Positions 53,075-64,000 of a DNA stretch of 64,000 nucleotides are shown here, one piece after another. The position numbers were made by a program, and so were the translations under genes. Each line of letters starts with the position of its first letter. Within the stretch, counting starts at the first letter, position 1. Under the pieces are notes generated by a model, which was not told the origin of the DNA, did not search any database, and worked only from the letters and a program-made list of their open reading frames with translations. Source of the DNA: Octopus bimaculoides (Eukaryota); the NCBI RefSeq assembly GCF_001194135.2, contig NC_068982.1, forward strand, positions 59,102,789 through 59,166,788. The letters are read 5' to 3'.

Positions 53075-53440
53075 GATTTCAAAGTTTGGCACAAGACCAG
53101 CAATTCTGAAGAAGTGGGTAAGTTGATTACATCAACCTTAGTGCTCAGCTGCTACTTATTTTATTGACTTGGAAAGGATGAAAGGCAAAATCGACCTTCA
53201 TAGAATTTGAACTCATGATGTAAAGACTGACAAAATGCTGGCAAACATGTTTTTCCAAGATGCTAATGATTCAGCTAGCTCACTGCCTTTGGTTTCAAAT
53301 TTTAGCACAAGGCCAGTAGTTTCAGGCAAAGGGTCAAGTCGATTGCATCGAGCCCAATACTCAATTGGTTTGGTACTTATTTTATTGACCCCACCCACAA
53401 CAGAGTCAAAGCATTTTGCCTGACATGCTAATGATTTGCC
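53075..53440 (-). mobile_element. Two tandem family-B SINEs
   Basis: Homology to 8291-8509. Confidence 0.75.
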
Positions 53441-53444
53441 TTGA

Positions 53445-53923
53445 ATATCAATGCATGAAATTTTGATACAATGTAAAGAACATAATGGAAATTAATATGC
53501 ACAAGTAAAATTTTGCAACCACCACTACATCACATATGAAAAATGACGTCACTTAAATGTAAACAATTTTCGACTTCTCACACCTTTGCTCTTTCCAAAA
53601 CTTGCACCATAACACCCTCAAGAGTTTCAGACCCCAATTCTCTGATTTCTCTATTGATGTCCTTCTTCAGTTGCAGCAGGGTCTCTGGTTTGTTGATGTA
53701 AACCTTCTCTTTCAAGTATCACAAACAAGGAAAAATCTGGGCTAGTCAAGTCGGAGGAACGTGAAAGCCAGCTGACATTGCAGTAGTAGGAGATTATTCT
53801 TTCTCCAAAGGACTGCCATAGCAACTGCATTGTTTCGCTTGTGGCATATGAGCAGTTGCCCCATCTTGCTGGAATCATGTGTGAGGTCTACTTTGAATGG
53901 CCAGGCACAAAAATGTCTCAATC
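53445..53923 (-). pseudogene. Tc1/mariner DD41D (rosa/visitor-like) transposase 3' fragment
   Basis: FQQDGATAH, frameshift, ATSETMQLLWQSFGERIISYYCNVSWLSRSSDLTSPDF; 41 residues between the last two Asp once the 2-nt frameshift is corrected. Confidence 0.85.
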
Positions 53924-54250
53924 ATGGATACCTGAAAGAGAGGGTTTATGTCAGCAAACTGGAGACCCTAGTGCAACTGAAGGAGACTATCAATAGAGAA
54001 ATTAGAGAAGTGGGATCTGAGGGTGTTATAGTGCAAGTTTTGGAAAGAGCACGGGCATGCGAAGCTGAAAATGGCTGCCATTTAATCGATGTCATTTTTC
54101 ATATATGATGTAATGGTGTTGTAAAATTTAATTTGTGCATATTAATTTTCCTCGTGTCCTTTATATTGTATCAAAATTTCATGCATGTATTTGTAAAGTT
54201 AAGGAAGTTATTAAAAATTGAAACCCATCAGTGACTTTTGGGGCACCCTA
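53924..54250 (+). pseudogene. Second fragment of the same DD41D family, including the 3' terminus
   Basis: GYLKERVYVSKLETLVQLKETINREIRE..VLERARACEAENGCHLIDVIFHI*; ends ttttggggcaccc-TA. Confidence 0.85.
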
Positions 54251-54959
54251 TATATGTATATACTTATGTGTACAATGGGCTTTTAGTTTCAGCCTACCAG
54301 ATCCATTCACAAGGCTCTGGTTAGTCCTAGGCTATAGTAGAAGACACTTGCTCCAGGTGCCACACAGTGGGACTGAACTCAAACCATGTGGTTTGGAAGC
54401 AAACTTCTTACAACACAGCCTGTATTTGTGTTTACTCTTTGTTAAACATAGTTTATCTAAGTTTACATTATCCAACACATTCTTCGTTTTTTTAAAGACA
54501 GTGAAGTGAGAATATGGTTCTATAGAGATTTTTCTGCTACTTCTAGCAAGTTGATTGTCTTCTCAGAAGCTCCCTTTTCAGTTCATTACCAATCTGACTC
54601 CTTCCAATGTTCATCCATCAATAGCTTACTAATTCCTGTGACAATTCTTTCTTAGAATAAATCAATCTATTGATCCTGGAAAAAAGGTGTCGGTCTTTCA
54701 GCTTGAAGTGAGATAGCATTAAATTTTATTTGTAGTTATTGTTGTTATTTTATGGTCTGCCCCTTAGCTACAACAATTAAGTCTTTCCTAATTAAATAGA
54801 AAATCATTCTATTACACTCTAAAGTTGTAAATATGATGGACTAAACTAGCTGTTATTGAACCAAAGTATCATGTCTTTGGCATTTAACGTTCCCACACAA
54901 GTAAATTTAGTACACTTCATTTTACACCAAATACAATACCAATACTGGCACTCTTTCTG

Positions 54960-55270
54960 TTATGACGACAAAGTTTCCAGTTGATTTGATCAACAGAACA
55001 GTCAGCTCATGAAATTAACATGCAAGTGGCTGAGCACTTCACAGACTCATGTACCCTTAACGTAGTTCTCAGGGAGATTCAATGTGACTCAGTATGTGAC
55101 AAGGCTGACCCTTTGAAATACAGATACTACTCATTTTTGCTAACTGAGTGGACTGAAGCAATGTGAAATAAAGTGTCTTGCTCAAGGACACAATGTGCCG
55201 CTGGAAATTGAATTCATGACCTTGCGATCACGAGCCAAACACCCTAACCACTAAGCCACGTGCCTTCACA
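54960..55270 (-). mobile_element. SINE with a family-E-like head and family-D-like 3' half
   Basis: Head GGCACGTGGCTTAGTGGTTAGGG..TTGAGCAAGACACTTT; tail shares tcaaagggtcagccttgtcac..gagaactacgttaagggtac with 48688. Confidence 0.75.
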
Positions 55271-55641
55271 CTAAAAAATCACAAAATACCAAAGTTAAAA
55301 GATCAGAAGATACCAAAAGTAAAATATATTTAGAACATGTGTATTCATGCTATGGAATGAATCTTGGGAGTATACGCCACTACTGCCAAATTTTTGGCAA
55401 AATATCTCAGGTGTTGCAGTGACTTTAGTTTTTGGTATATCAACTAATACCAATCTCCATTTACCTCATAGAAAATGTTGATTAGCTTACAAACTAATTT
55501 GCATTTAATGTTAGTTTGACAACTGTTAAAAATTCTGTTGAGATCAAGTGAATGCGCATCCGTATATTACATTTCTTGTTAAGTACATCTGCTTACATGG
55601 TTAACTACGAGAACTTTGAGCCAGCATAGAAACTTCTATGT

Positions 55642-56266
55642 CAGTGATTCTCATCTAATTTTTTATCTATAGATCCCTTTGATTATTATTCTATACTGGT
55701 AGACTCCCATTGACATTTGATGTTTAAAAACTAGTGTTAAAAATAATTCTTTCAAAATTCTTATTTCTGTTTATCACACATCAACTTGTGTAGGTTGAAC
55801 TATGTAAAATGTTAGTGAATGAAACCTAAGTGTTTCTTGCAATAGAGAGATTAACCCATTACCTACCAGTGATCTCATATGAGATCGCTTAAAAATTACA
55901 AATTTCATAATTATCTGTCAATATATACACATATCTAACCTTTTTTGCTATATCTACTAGGTATATTTCTCTGATATTCAAATGAGGTTTGCTAATTTCT
56001 CACCCAATATCTCACTTATTTCTATTTAAAATGTTATTTTGAAATGTTATTTTGAAATGTTATTTTGATCATTCTAGTGTGTTTTTAAGGCTGTTTTATG
56101 CTAGAAATCAAAGTTTCATAAAAAAAATCCGTTAATAGAATTATGGAAGGTAATGGGTTAAAATCAAAACATGGACATATATAATACCAGTGTGGGTCTC
56201 AATTTACTATTTTGCAAGCATGGACTCCTAAAAATCTTATATGGACCCCCTGGTTGAGAACCAGTG
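55642..56266. mobile_element. hAT MITE carrying a nested piggyBac-like MITE
   Basis: Termini cagtgattctca / tgagaaccagtg; TSD ttctatgt / ctctatgt. Confidence 0.8.
55855..56157. mobile_element. piggyBac-like MITE
   Basis: TTAA at 55851-54 and 56158-61; TIRs CCCATTACCTACC / GGAAGGTAATGGG (12/13). Confidence 0.85.
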
Positions 56267-58197
56267 CTCTATGTGTTCACAAGATATTCTAGAAATAACA
56301 GCTAAATCAACATCAAATTACACCCTCACCATCTTGGGAAATAGAAAGGATACATAAGGTAATATATCCTACATTCCTTTAAAAAGAATAGCATGATAAG
56401 GGTTATGGTTGGCGTACTTTTTGATTTAAGGTTTGGTCAAAAATGGTTGATCTGGGGCTGAACAGTGACAACTAAAACAACTACTACTTTAATTTGATGA
56501 CTAAATCTTGTACACGGGTTCATTTCTGTTCAGTAAACTCATTCACAAGGCTTATTAAGAGGTCAAGTCAAGTCATACCCTTAACATTTCTGCCAGTGAG
56601 GCATTTGAATATTTTGGCTTATTTTTTCTATTCTTGAAGTGCAAGTCATGCATAAAATTATTGCAATACGTTTATACATACATACACACTGGCCATGTAA
56701 CAACACATGTGCTTTTTTCCAGACTATGCACTCCTCTCTCCTTTTCCTCCTCTCTGAACTTTTCCACTTTCTGACAAAGAGCCATGCTTGAAATATCACT
56801 CCTACTTTTTCCATCTAAAACTTTCACTCAACGTCAATCTAATACATTAATATATTTACTGTGCATGTTCAATTGACTATTGACTTCTGTTGCTTTTTTC
56901 TGTTTTTTTTTTAATTTCGATTTTCCTATATATATATATATATATATATATAAAGGTTATGAAGGGTAATGGAGTCAACCAGACCCTAAAGATACAGGTA
57001 ATAATACCAAGTAAGTGCTGTATACCAACTAGTTTTGCCCCTGATGTGGTTGCAACATGAATGGGGAATATAACATGGGTCGTGTATTAGCATGTGCATA
57101 TATATAAAAAGAATGAGATAAAGAGACCAATGGCATAAGTAAATTTATATTTTATGTAGAATGCATTGAATTTTCCCTGAAGCAGCTGTAAGACATTCNN
57201 NNNNNNNNNNNNNNNNNNNNNNNNNNNNNNNNNNNNNNNNNNNNNNNNNNNNNNNNNNNNNNNNNNNNNNNNNNNNNNNNNNNNNNNNNNNNNNNNNNNN
57301 NNNNNNNNNNNNNNNNNNNNNNNNNNNNNNNNNNNNNNNNNNNNNNNNNNNNNNNNNNNNNNNNNNNNNNNNNNNNNNNNNNNNNNNNNNNNNNNNNNNN
57401 NNNNNNNNNNNNNNNNNNNNNNNNNNNNNNNNNNNNNNNNNNNNNNNNNNNNNNNNNNNNNNNNNNNNATATATTATATGTCAAAGCAATCCATATATAT
57501 ATGTTAATGCAATAGAAATAATTGTCGGCTTTATAAGGTAAGATATATAATAAAGATGTAAATTTCTTTATTTGCATTTTTTGTAGTCAAATATACTGAA
57601 TTTCTTATAATTCTTCTAAGGATATTTGGATTTACTTGTCTTGCATGAGGATTTACCTGGGCTCTGTATTCTACTTACATTTGCTGGTGTCTAAGTGTTG
57701 AACATTGGTAACCAAATTCTTTTAATACTAAGTGCTTTGTTGATATCTGCCAGGATTTTTTAACTCCATTTTTCTTCTAATTATATATACAAGATGGTAC
57801 TTATTGTGGCTATGAGTTGTTTTGACTCTTATTTCTAGCAATAATGGTGTTGAATAGGGTTCTCAGTCACTTTGGTAATGTATATATTTTTGCCTTGTTG
57901 ACAAGCCCCCCTTATTATATATATACATATATATATATTTTAAGAGATAAATTTTGAAAGCTGCATTCCCTCGCTTTCAGTAAATATGTTGCTTATTTTT
58001 TGGTAGTTTTTGACTTATTTAGTCCCTCGAAGCGTGAGGCATTACTACACAGTTAATGCCCTTTATATATAATTATTTATATTTATGAAGAAATGATGAA
58101 TTTTTTCATTACAAAATTTTTCGTTATTTTTCATTTTGAGGTTTTTTCACGCTGACTACTTGATAAATTCTTATAAAGAATTTATCCTATATTATAT

Positions 58198-58229
<32 letters not shown>

Positions 58230-58758
58230 ATATATTAGGGATAAAAATCNNNNNNNNNNNNNNNNNNNNNNNNNNNNNNNNNNNNNNNNNNNNNNNNNNN
58301 NNNNNNNNNNNNNNNNNNNNNNNNNNNNNNNNNNNNNNNNNNNNNNNNNNNNNNNNNNNNNNNNNNNNNNNNNNNNNNNNNNNNNNNNNNNNNNNNNNNN
58401 NNNNNNNNNNNNNNNNNNNNNNNNNNNNNNNNNNNNNNNNNNNNNNNNNNNNNNNNNNNNNNNNNNNNNNNNNNNNNNNNNNNNNNNNNNNNNNNNNNNN
58501 NNNNNNNNNNNNNNNNNNNNNNNNNNNNNNNNNNNNNNNNNNNNNNNNNNNNNNNNNNNNNNNNNNNNNNNNNNNNNNNNNNNNNNNNNNNNNNNNNNNN
58601 NNNNNNNNNNNNNNNNNNNNNNNNNNNNNNNNNNNNNNNNNNNNNNNNNNNNNNNNNNNNNNNNNNNNNNNNNNNNNNNNNNNNNNNNNNNNNNNNNNNN
58701 NNNNNNNNNNNNNNNNNNNNNNNNNNNNNNNNNNNNNNNNNNNNNNNNNNNNNNNNNN

Positions 58759-59548
58759 ATCGCTGTCAATTAGAGAAAAATTTGTAGTTTTTAGAATCAG
58801 TAGTTCTTTGGCTGCTGTTTCTGAATTCTCAGTATGTTGGAGAAGCAGGTTTTCTGCTAATCCCTATATATTTATGATTATAAATGGCTTTACCAAAAAG
58901 GTTTTTTCATACTGAGCTACCCGGCATAATTGTTAATTATTAATTTTTATTACTAATTGACGATTCCCTGCCCTGTATATCTATATTTAGTAATACCTCT
59001 AAGATGGTCAGCTAAACCACTACAGGTCGTACGGGACTTTTTTCTATGCAGGACTATTTATGATACACACTGAATTGAATTCATTAGGGTGAGAGATTTT
59101 AAACTCACTGGCTGATAAATTTCTTAATGTCTACCTCACGTGGTCTTGATGTCGCATGGTCAAAATTTACGTGAGTTATTTAGGCATTGGCAAATTTATT
59201 AAAATATTTGGCTGAAGATCGAAATGAGGTAATTTCTTACCACTAATCATGAAACGATTCCTACCAAATTAATTAAAGGCAAGTTTGTCTTTTTACTCTT
59301 CTCTTCTGTCTTTAGTTCTGTGTGTACCATGAATATCGCTATCAATTAGAGAAAAATTTGTAGTTTTTAGAATCAGTAGTTCTTTGGCTGCTGTTTCTGA
59401 ATTCTTAGTATGTTGGAGAAGAAGGTTTTCTGCTAATCCCTATATATTTATGATTATAAATGGCTTTACTGAAAAGGTTTTTTCATACTGAGCTACCCGG
59501 CATAATTGTTAATTATTCATTTTTATTACTAATTGACGATTCCCTGCC

Positions 59549-59556
<8 letters not shown>
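58759..59556. repeat. 222-bp direct repeats with a 576-bp period (pLTR-like tandem)
   Basis: 58759-58980 and 59335-59556 differ at only a handful of positions; the array ends in (TA)n. Confidence 0.85.
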
Positions 59557-59594
<38 letters not shown>

Positions 59595-59639
59595 GAAAGA
59601 AAGGATTTAACAATCCTGGCACTCATTATTAACAGAATT

Positions 59640-60110
59640 TGGAGAAGAGAACTATCAAAAATTCTTTCAAGTATGAGTACTAAATACTAGTAAATAAATT
59701 CCTGTCTAATTATAAAAAGAAAATTGTATGCCCTTTAAAAAAATCAATGTTTAAGGAAAAGTATATTCTATCAGGAGATTGTAAGTATTATTAAATTGCT
59801 TCATCTGCTAAAATTTGGAAATCTAGATTTCATAATTATTCACATTCATTTAAGTATAGAAGAAAAAGTAATTTACAAATCTTAGTAAATGCATTTAGAA
59901 TTTAGAAGATAGGAACATTAAGTATAATTTAAAGTGGTCCATTATCAGTTAAGTACCATCATAAAATATTGGTAATTCTACATGTGATCTTTGCCTTGAA
60001 GAAGTGTATTATATAATTACTTCTAAATTAATTTTATTGAATTTTAATAGGAACTTTACAAGAAGATGTTGCCATAAATTTCAAAAGACATTCAAATATT
60101 TCAACTCTTA
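59640..60110 (+). pseudogene. Decayed Penelope-like GIY-YIG endonuclease domain
   Basis: Multi-frame reading: KKIVCPLK.QCLRKSIFYQ..WKSRFHNYSHSFKY..LSKCI*NLEDRNIKYNLKWSII..CDLCLEEVYYII..LLN..CCH. Confidence 0.8.
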
Positions 60111-60580
60111 ATTATAATAGCTTTTCATATATTATATAACAAGATTAAATTGTTTAAAAGGTCTAGTACATTTAATAAATAGCTAATTAATTGTTGTGAT
60201 GTAAAGTCTCTGTTTCTAATAATCAATAGATGTATACAAAAATGACCTTTCTTAAATATGTTTATTTTTTTATTTTTCTAATTTTTTAGTTATCCAAATG
60301 ACACAACCATTAGTTGAATACAAAAATGTCTTAAGTCAAATTCACTTTAAGTTAAATTCGTTTTAAGCAATCTTTTTGTAGGCGTTTTATTACTGGTAAT
60401 ACTCAGATGTTCAATTTGAATTTCACTAATTCTGGAATGCCTTAATAACATGTTAACATATATTTTGGGAAATATTAATATTAATTTTAATGATATTTCA
60501 TATATAAATATATATTTTTATATGTATATGTATGTATGCATATGTACATACATACATACATACATACATACGTACATACA

Positions 60581-61845
60581 TTGCCAGTGCCCCTGGACTG
60601 GCTCATGTGTGGGTGACACATGAGGTTTTTTCGAGCGAGATCGTTGCCAGTGCCCCTGGACTGGCTCTTGTGCGGGTGACACATGAAATGTTTCGAGCGG
60701 GATCGTTTGCCAGTGCCCCCGGACTGGCTCATGTGCGGGCGACACATGATATCTTTGGAGCGAGTTCGTTACCAGTGCCCCTGGACTGGCTCATGTGCAG
60801 GCGACACATGATATCTTTCATGCGAGATTGTTGCCAGTGCCCATGGACTGGCTCTTGTGTGAGTGACACATGAGGTTTTTCGAGCGAGATCGTTGCCGGT
60901 GCCCCTGGACTGGCTCATGTGCGGGTGACACATGNNNNNNNNNNNNNNNNNNNNNNNNNNNNNNNNNNNNNNNNNNNNNNNNNNNNNNNNNNNNNNNNNN
61001 NNNNNNNNNNNNNNNNNNNNNNNNNNNNNNNNNNNNNNNNNNNNNNNNNNNNNNNNNNNNNNNNNNNNNNNNNNNNNNNNNNNNNNNNNNNNNNNNNNNN
61101 NNNNNNNNNNNNNNNNNNNNNNNNNNNNNNNNNNNNNNNNNNNNNNNNNNNNNNNNNNNNNNNNNNNNNNNNNNNNNNNNNNNNNNNNNNNNNNNNNNNN
61201 NNNNNNNNNNNNNNNNNNNNNNNNNNNNNNNNNNNNNNNNNNNNNNNNNNNNNNNNNNNNNNNNNNNNNNNNNNNNNNNNNNNNNNNNNNNNNNNNNNNN
61301 NNNNNNNNNNNNNNNNNNNNNNNNNNNNNNNNNNNNNNNNNNNNNNNNNNNNNNNNNNNNNNNNNNNNNNNNNNNNNNNNNNNNNNNNNNNNNNNNNNNN
61401 NNNNNNNNNNNNNNNNNNNNNNNNNNNNNNNNNNNNNNNNNNNNNNNNNNNNNNNNNNNNNNNNNNNNNNNNNNNNNNNNNNNNNNNNNNNNNNNNNNNN
61501 NNNNNNNNNNNNNNNNNNNNNNNNNNNNNNNNNNNNNNNNNNNNNNNNNNNNNNNNNNNNNNNNNNNNNNNNNNNNNNNNNNNNNNNNNNNNNNNNNNNN
61601 NNNNNNNNNNNNNNNNNNNNNNNNNNNNNNNNNNNNNNNNNNNNCCCTGGACTGGCTCATGTGCAGGCGACACATGATATCTTTCATGCGAGATTGTTGC
61701 CAGTGCCCATGGACTGGCTCTTGTGTGAGTGACACATGAGGTTTTTCGAGCGAGATCGTTGCCGGTGCCCCTGAACTGGCTCTTGTGTGGGTAGCACATA
61801 AAAGACACCATTTCGAGCGTGGCCGTTTTCGTGCGGGTGACACGT
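60581..61845 (+). repeat. Minisatellite, 62-63-bp unit, inside a family C element (gap 60935-61645)
   Basis: ttgccagtgcccctggactggctcatgtgcgggtgacacatga..tttcgagcgagatcg; at least 8 units visible. Confidence 0.95.
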
Positions 61846-62025
61846 AAAAGCACCCACTACACTCTCTGAGTGGTTGGCGTTAGGAAGGGCATCCAGCTGT
61901 AGAAACTCTGCCAAATTAGATTGGAGCCTGGTGTTGCCATCTGGTTTCTCCAGTCCTCAGTCAAATCGTCCAACCCATGCTAGCATGGAAGGCGGACATT
62001 AAACGATGATGATGAACGATGATGA
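61845..62025 (+). mobile_element. Family C RTE-related tail
   Basis: aaagcacccactacactctctgagtggttggcgttaggaagggcatccagc...catggaaggcggacattaaacgatgatg. Confidence 0.9.
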
Positions 62026-62869
62026 TATATGGTAATGTAATAGAAACAATGTCGGCTTAATAAGGTGAGATCTATAATAAAGATGTAAACTTCTCTATAT
62101 GTATTTTTGTTGTTATATATATATATATATATATGAATATGTATATATACATACATACATACATACGCACACACATATATATCATCTCTGTCTGAGGAGT
62201 TGTTGGTTTGATTATCTACACTGCACTTATAAGCTTCATATATGGATTACATTACTGGTGACATGATTAATTAATTATCAGATTCTGAACCATATGTAAC
62301 AGATGTAATTAAAGAAATAGCTTTTTTTTCTCTCTCATTATGTATTCATATATGCACACACAGTGATTAGATCATGGTTCTAGTCAGTCATAGCTCACCA
62401 GAGCTCTAGTCAGGGCTGACCAAGGCTAACCAGTGGTAGACGCAACTGACCAGCCTATAGCAAGAACAAGTGATAAATTCATAGCATGAAAAAAACAAAT
62501 GCAGTTTTTGAGAAATAAAAAGAATTTTAAATATAGTTCTGTTACATAGATTATATGCAGTATTTTTGTTGCCACTAACATATCAATAGATTTATTCATT
62601 ATTTATTTTTATTTAATTATTTATTGATCTCTACATTGGCAAGAGTGGGGCTGAAGGTTGTCGGTATTCTGGCTTAGAACAAGTTTTCAACTTTAACTTG
62701 ATCAGGACACCAATAAATTGATGTCTTTGATGAGGTAATTTATTCATATTAGTGGTTGGCTGAGGTGTGCTGGCTAGTCTTGACATAGCATGTGTCTACC
62801 TCACACATCTATGCATGTGTGAGTGTGTTTCTGTGTTGTGGGTGACTGTATGTGGCCGTAGTCTTAGTG

Positions 62870-63584
62870 ATCGATTTGGTGATAGTGGTGGTACTGCTGA
62901 TGGCAGTGGTGATGGTGGTGGCGATTGTGGTGGTGGTGGTGGTGATCATGGTGGCAATGTTGGTGATAGTCTTGGGTAGTGGTCATGGTAGTGTATGTGT
63001 ATATGTGTATGCATATGTATGAGTATGTGCATGTGCATATGTGTGAGGGTGTAAGCAGTTGTGTCAAGTAGCCAAGAAGGTCAATATGGCAGATGAGGCC
63101 CAGTGAGGCTAATTGATAGGTGTGTCATAAACATGGCAATAAATGGCTTTGACTGTTTAAATTAAAGAATTAGTGGAGCTAGTTATGATGTTGTTGTTGA
63201 TGTTGGGTGTGGGTGAGGTGAGTGAGGCGGGTGATGGCGGTGTTGGGGGTGATGTTGTTAGTGATCACAATGGTAGCATAGGTGTTGTTGCTAGTGGTGG
63301 TGGTGGTGGTCTCAGAGATTGGTCAGGTGATAGTGGTGATACTGCTGGTGGTGGTGGTGGAAGCAACGTTGGGGATGTTTGTATTGATGGTGATGGTTCA
63401 TGGTGTTAGTGTTTGTGTGTGTTATGCAGATGGTGGTGGTGGTGGTGGTTCTGGGGATTGTAGTTCTGGGGGTGGTAGTGGCGATGGTGGTGTTGATAGT
63501 AAAATTGATGGTGTTGATGATGTTGATGTTTGGGTTGGTCATGGTGGTGCTGGTGAATGATGGTGGTGATGGTGATGGTGGGTG

Positions 63585-63619
<35 letters not shown>

Positions 63620-63620
63620 G

Positions 63621-63654
<34 letters not shown>

Positions 63655-63830
63655 AGCGGTGGTGGTGGTGGTAACAATGAGTTTGAGGATGATGATAATG
63701 ACAATGGTGATGTTGATATTGGTGATGATGGGCTGAAGGAATGATAATCATGGTGGTGGTGATGGTGGTGATGTGATACTAATATTTTTGGTGAAGGTGG
63801 TGGTAGTGATAATGATGGTGATGATAGTCA
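62870..63830. repeat. (GGT)n/(GAT)n low-complexity field
   Basis: Direct reading. Confidence 0.9.
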
Positions 63831-64000
63831 CAGTAGTGGCCATTACAGCGCTTATGTTATACCTGATAGCAATAGTCACACCATACTCTCTTCAAATTAG
63901 ATGCATTGGATGATGGCCAGAAAAATGCCTGATGAGTATAAATGAGAAACTCTTAGCAACATTGCAAGTAAGCTCAAATTTGACTAAATGCTCTACTATA

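Noticed and set aside
60581-61845. CRISPR-like appearance (palindromic repeat plus variable segment)
   Set aside because: The variable parts are homologous to each other rather than unique spacers, the unit derives from a retroelement UTR, there are no cas genes and the context is eukaryotic.

Overview
AT-rich, microsatellite-dense animal genomic DNA with about 12 scaffold N-gaps. The repeat landscape resembles octopus/cephalopod DNA (inference from recognised SINE and MITE families; no search was run). There is no intact gene or autonomous element, and nearly all ORF-track entries are simple-repeat, antisense-repeat or N-run artefacts. The window holds several tRNA-headed SINE families, 3' fragments of RTE and Dong/R4 non-LTR retrotransposons, Penelope-like (PLE) GIY-YIG remnants, decayed DD34D, DD37D, DD41D and hAT transposases, and hAT-, piggyBac- and mariner-type MITEs with readable TSDs. 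One strong 54-nt minus-strand exon candidate (32073-32126) suggests the window is mostly intron of an unidentified gene. The most notable signal is a set of hammerhead-ribozyme-like cores from several unrelated repeat families. One has a fully canonical minimal fold (25475-25517, minus); several others lie inside long inverted repeats. Hammerheads in PLE repeats are a known phenomenon, so the novelty would be in the variants and their arrangement. All alignments and identities were judged by eye, and repeat boundaries are approximate.
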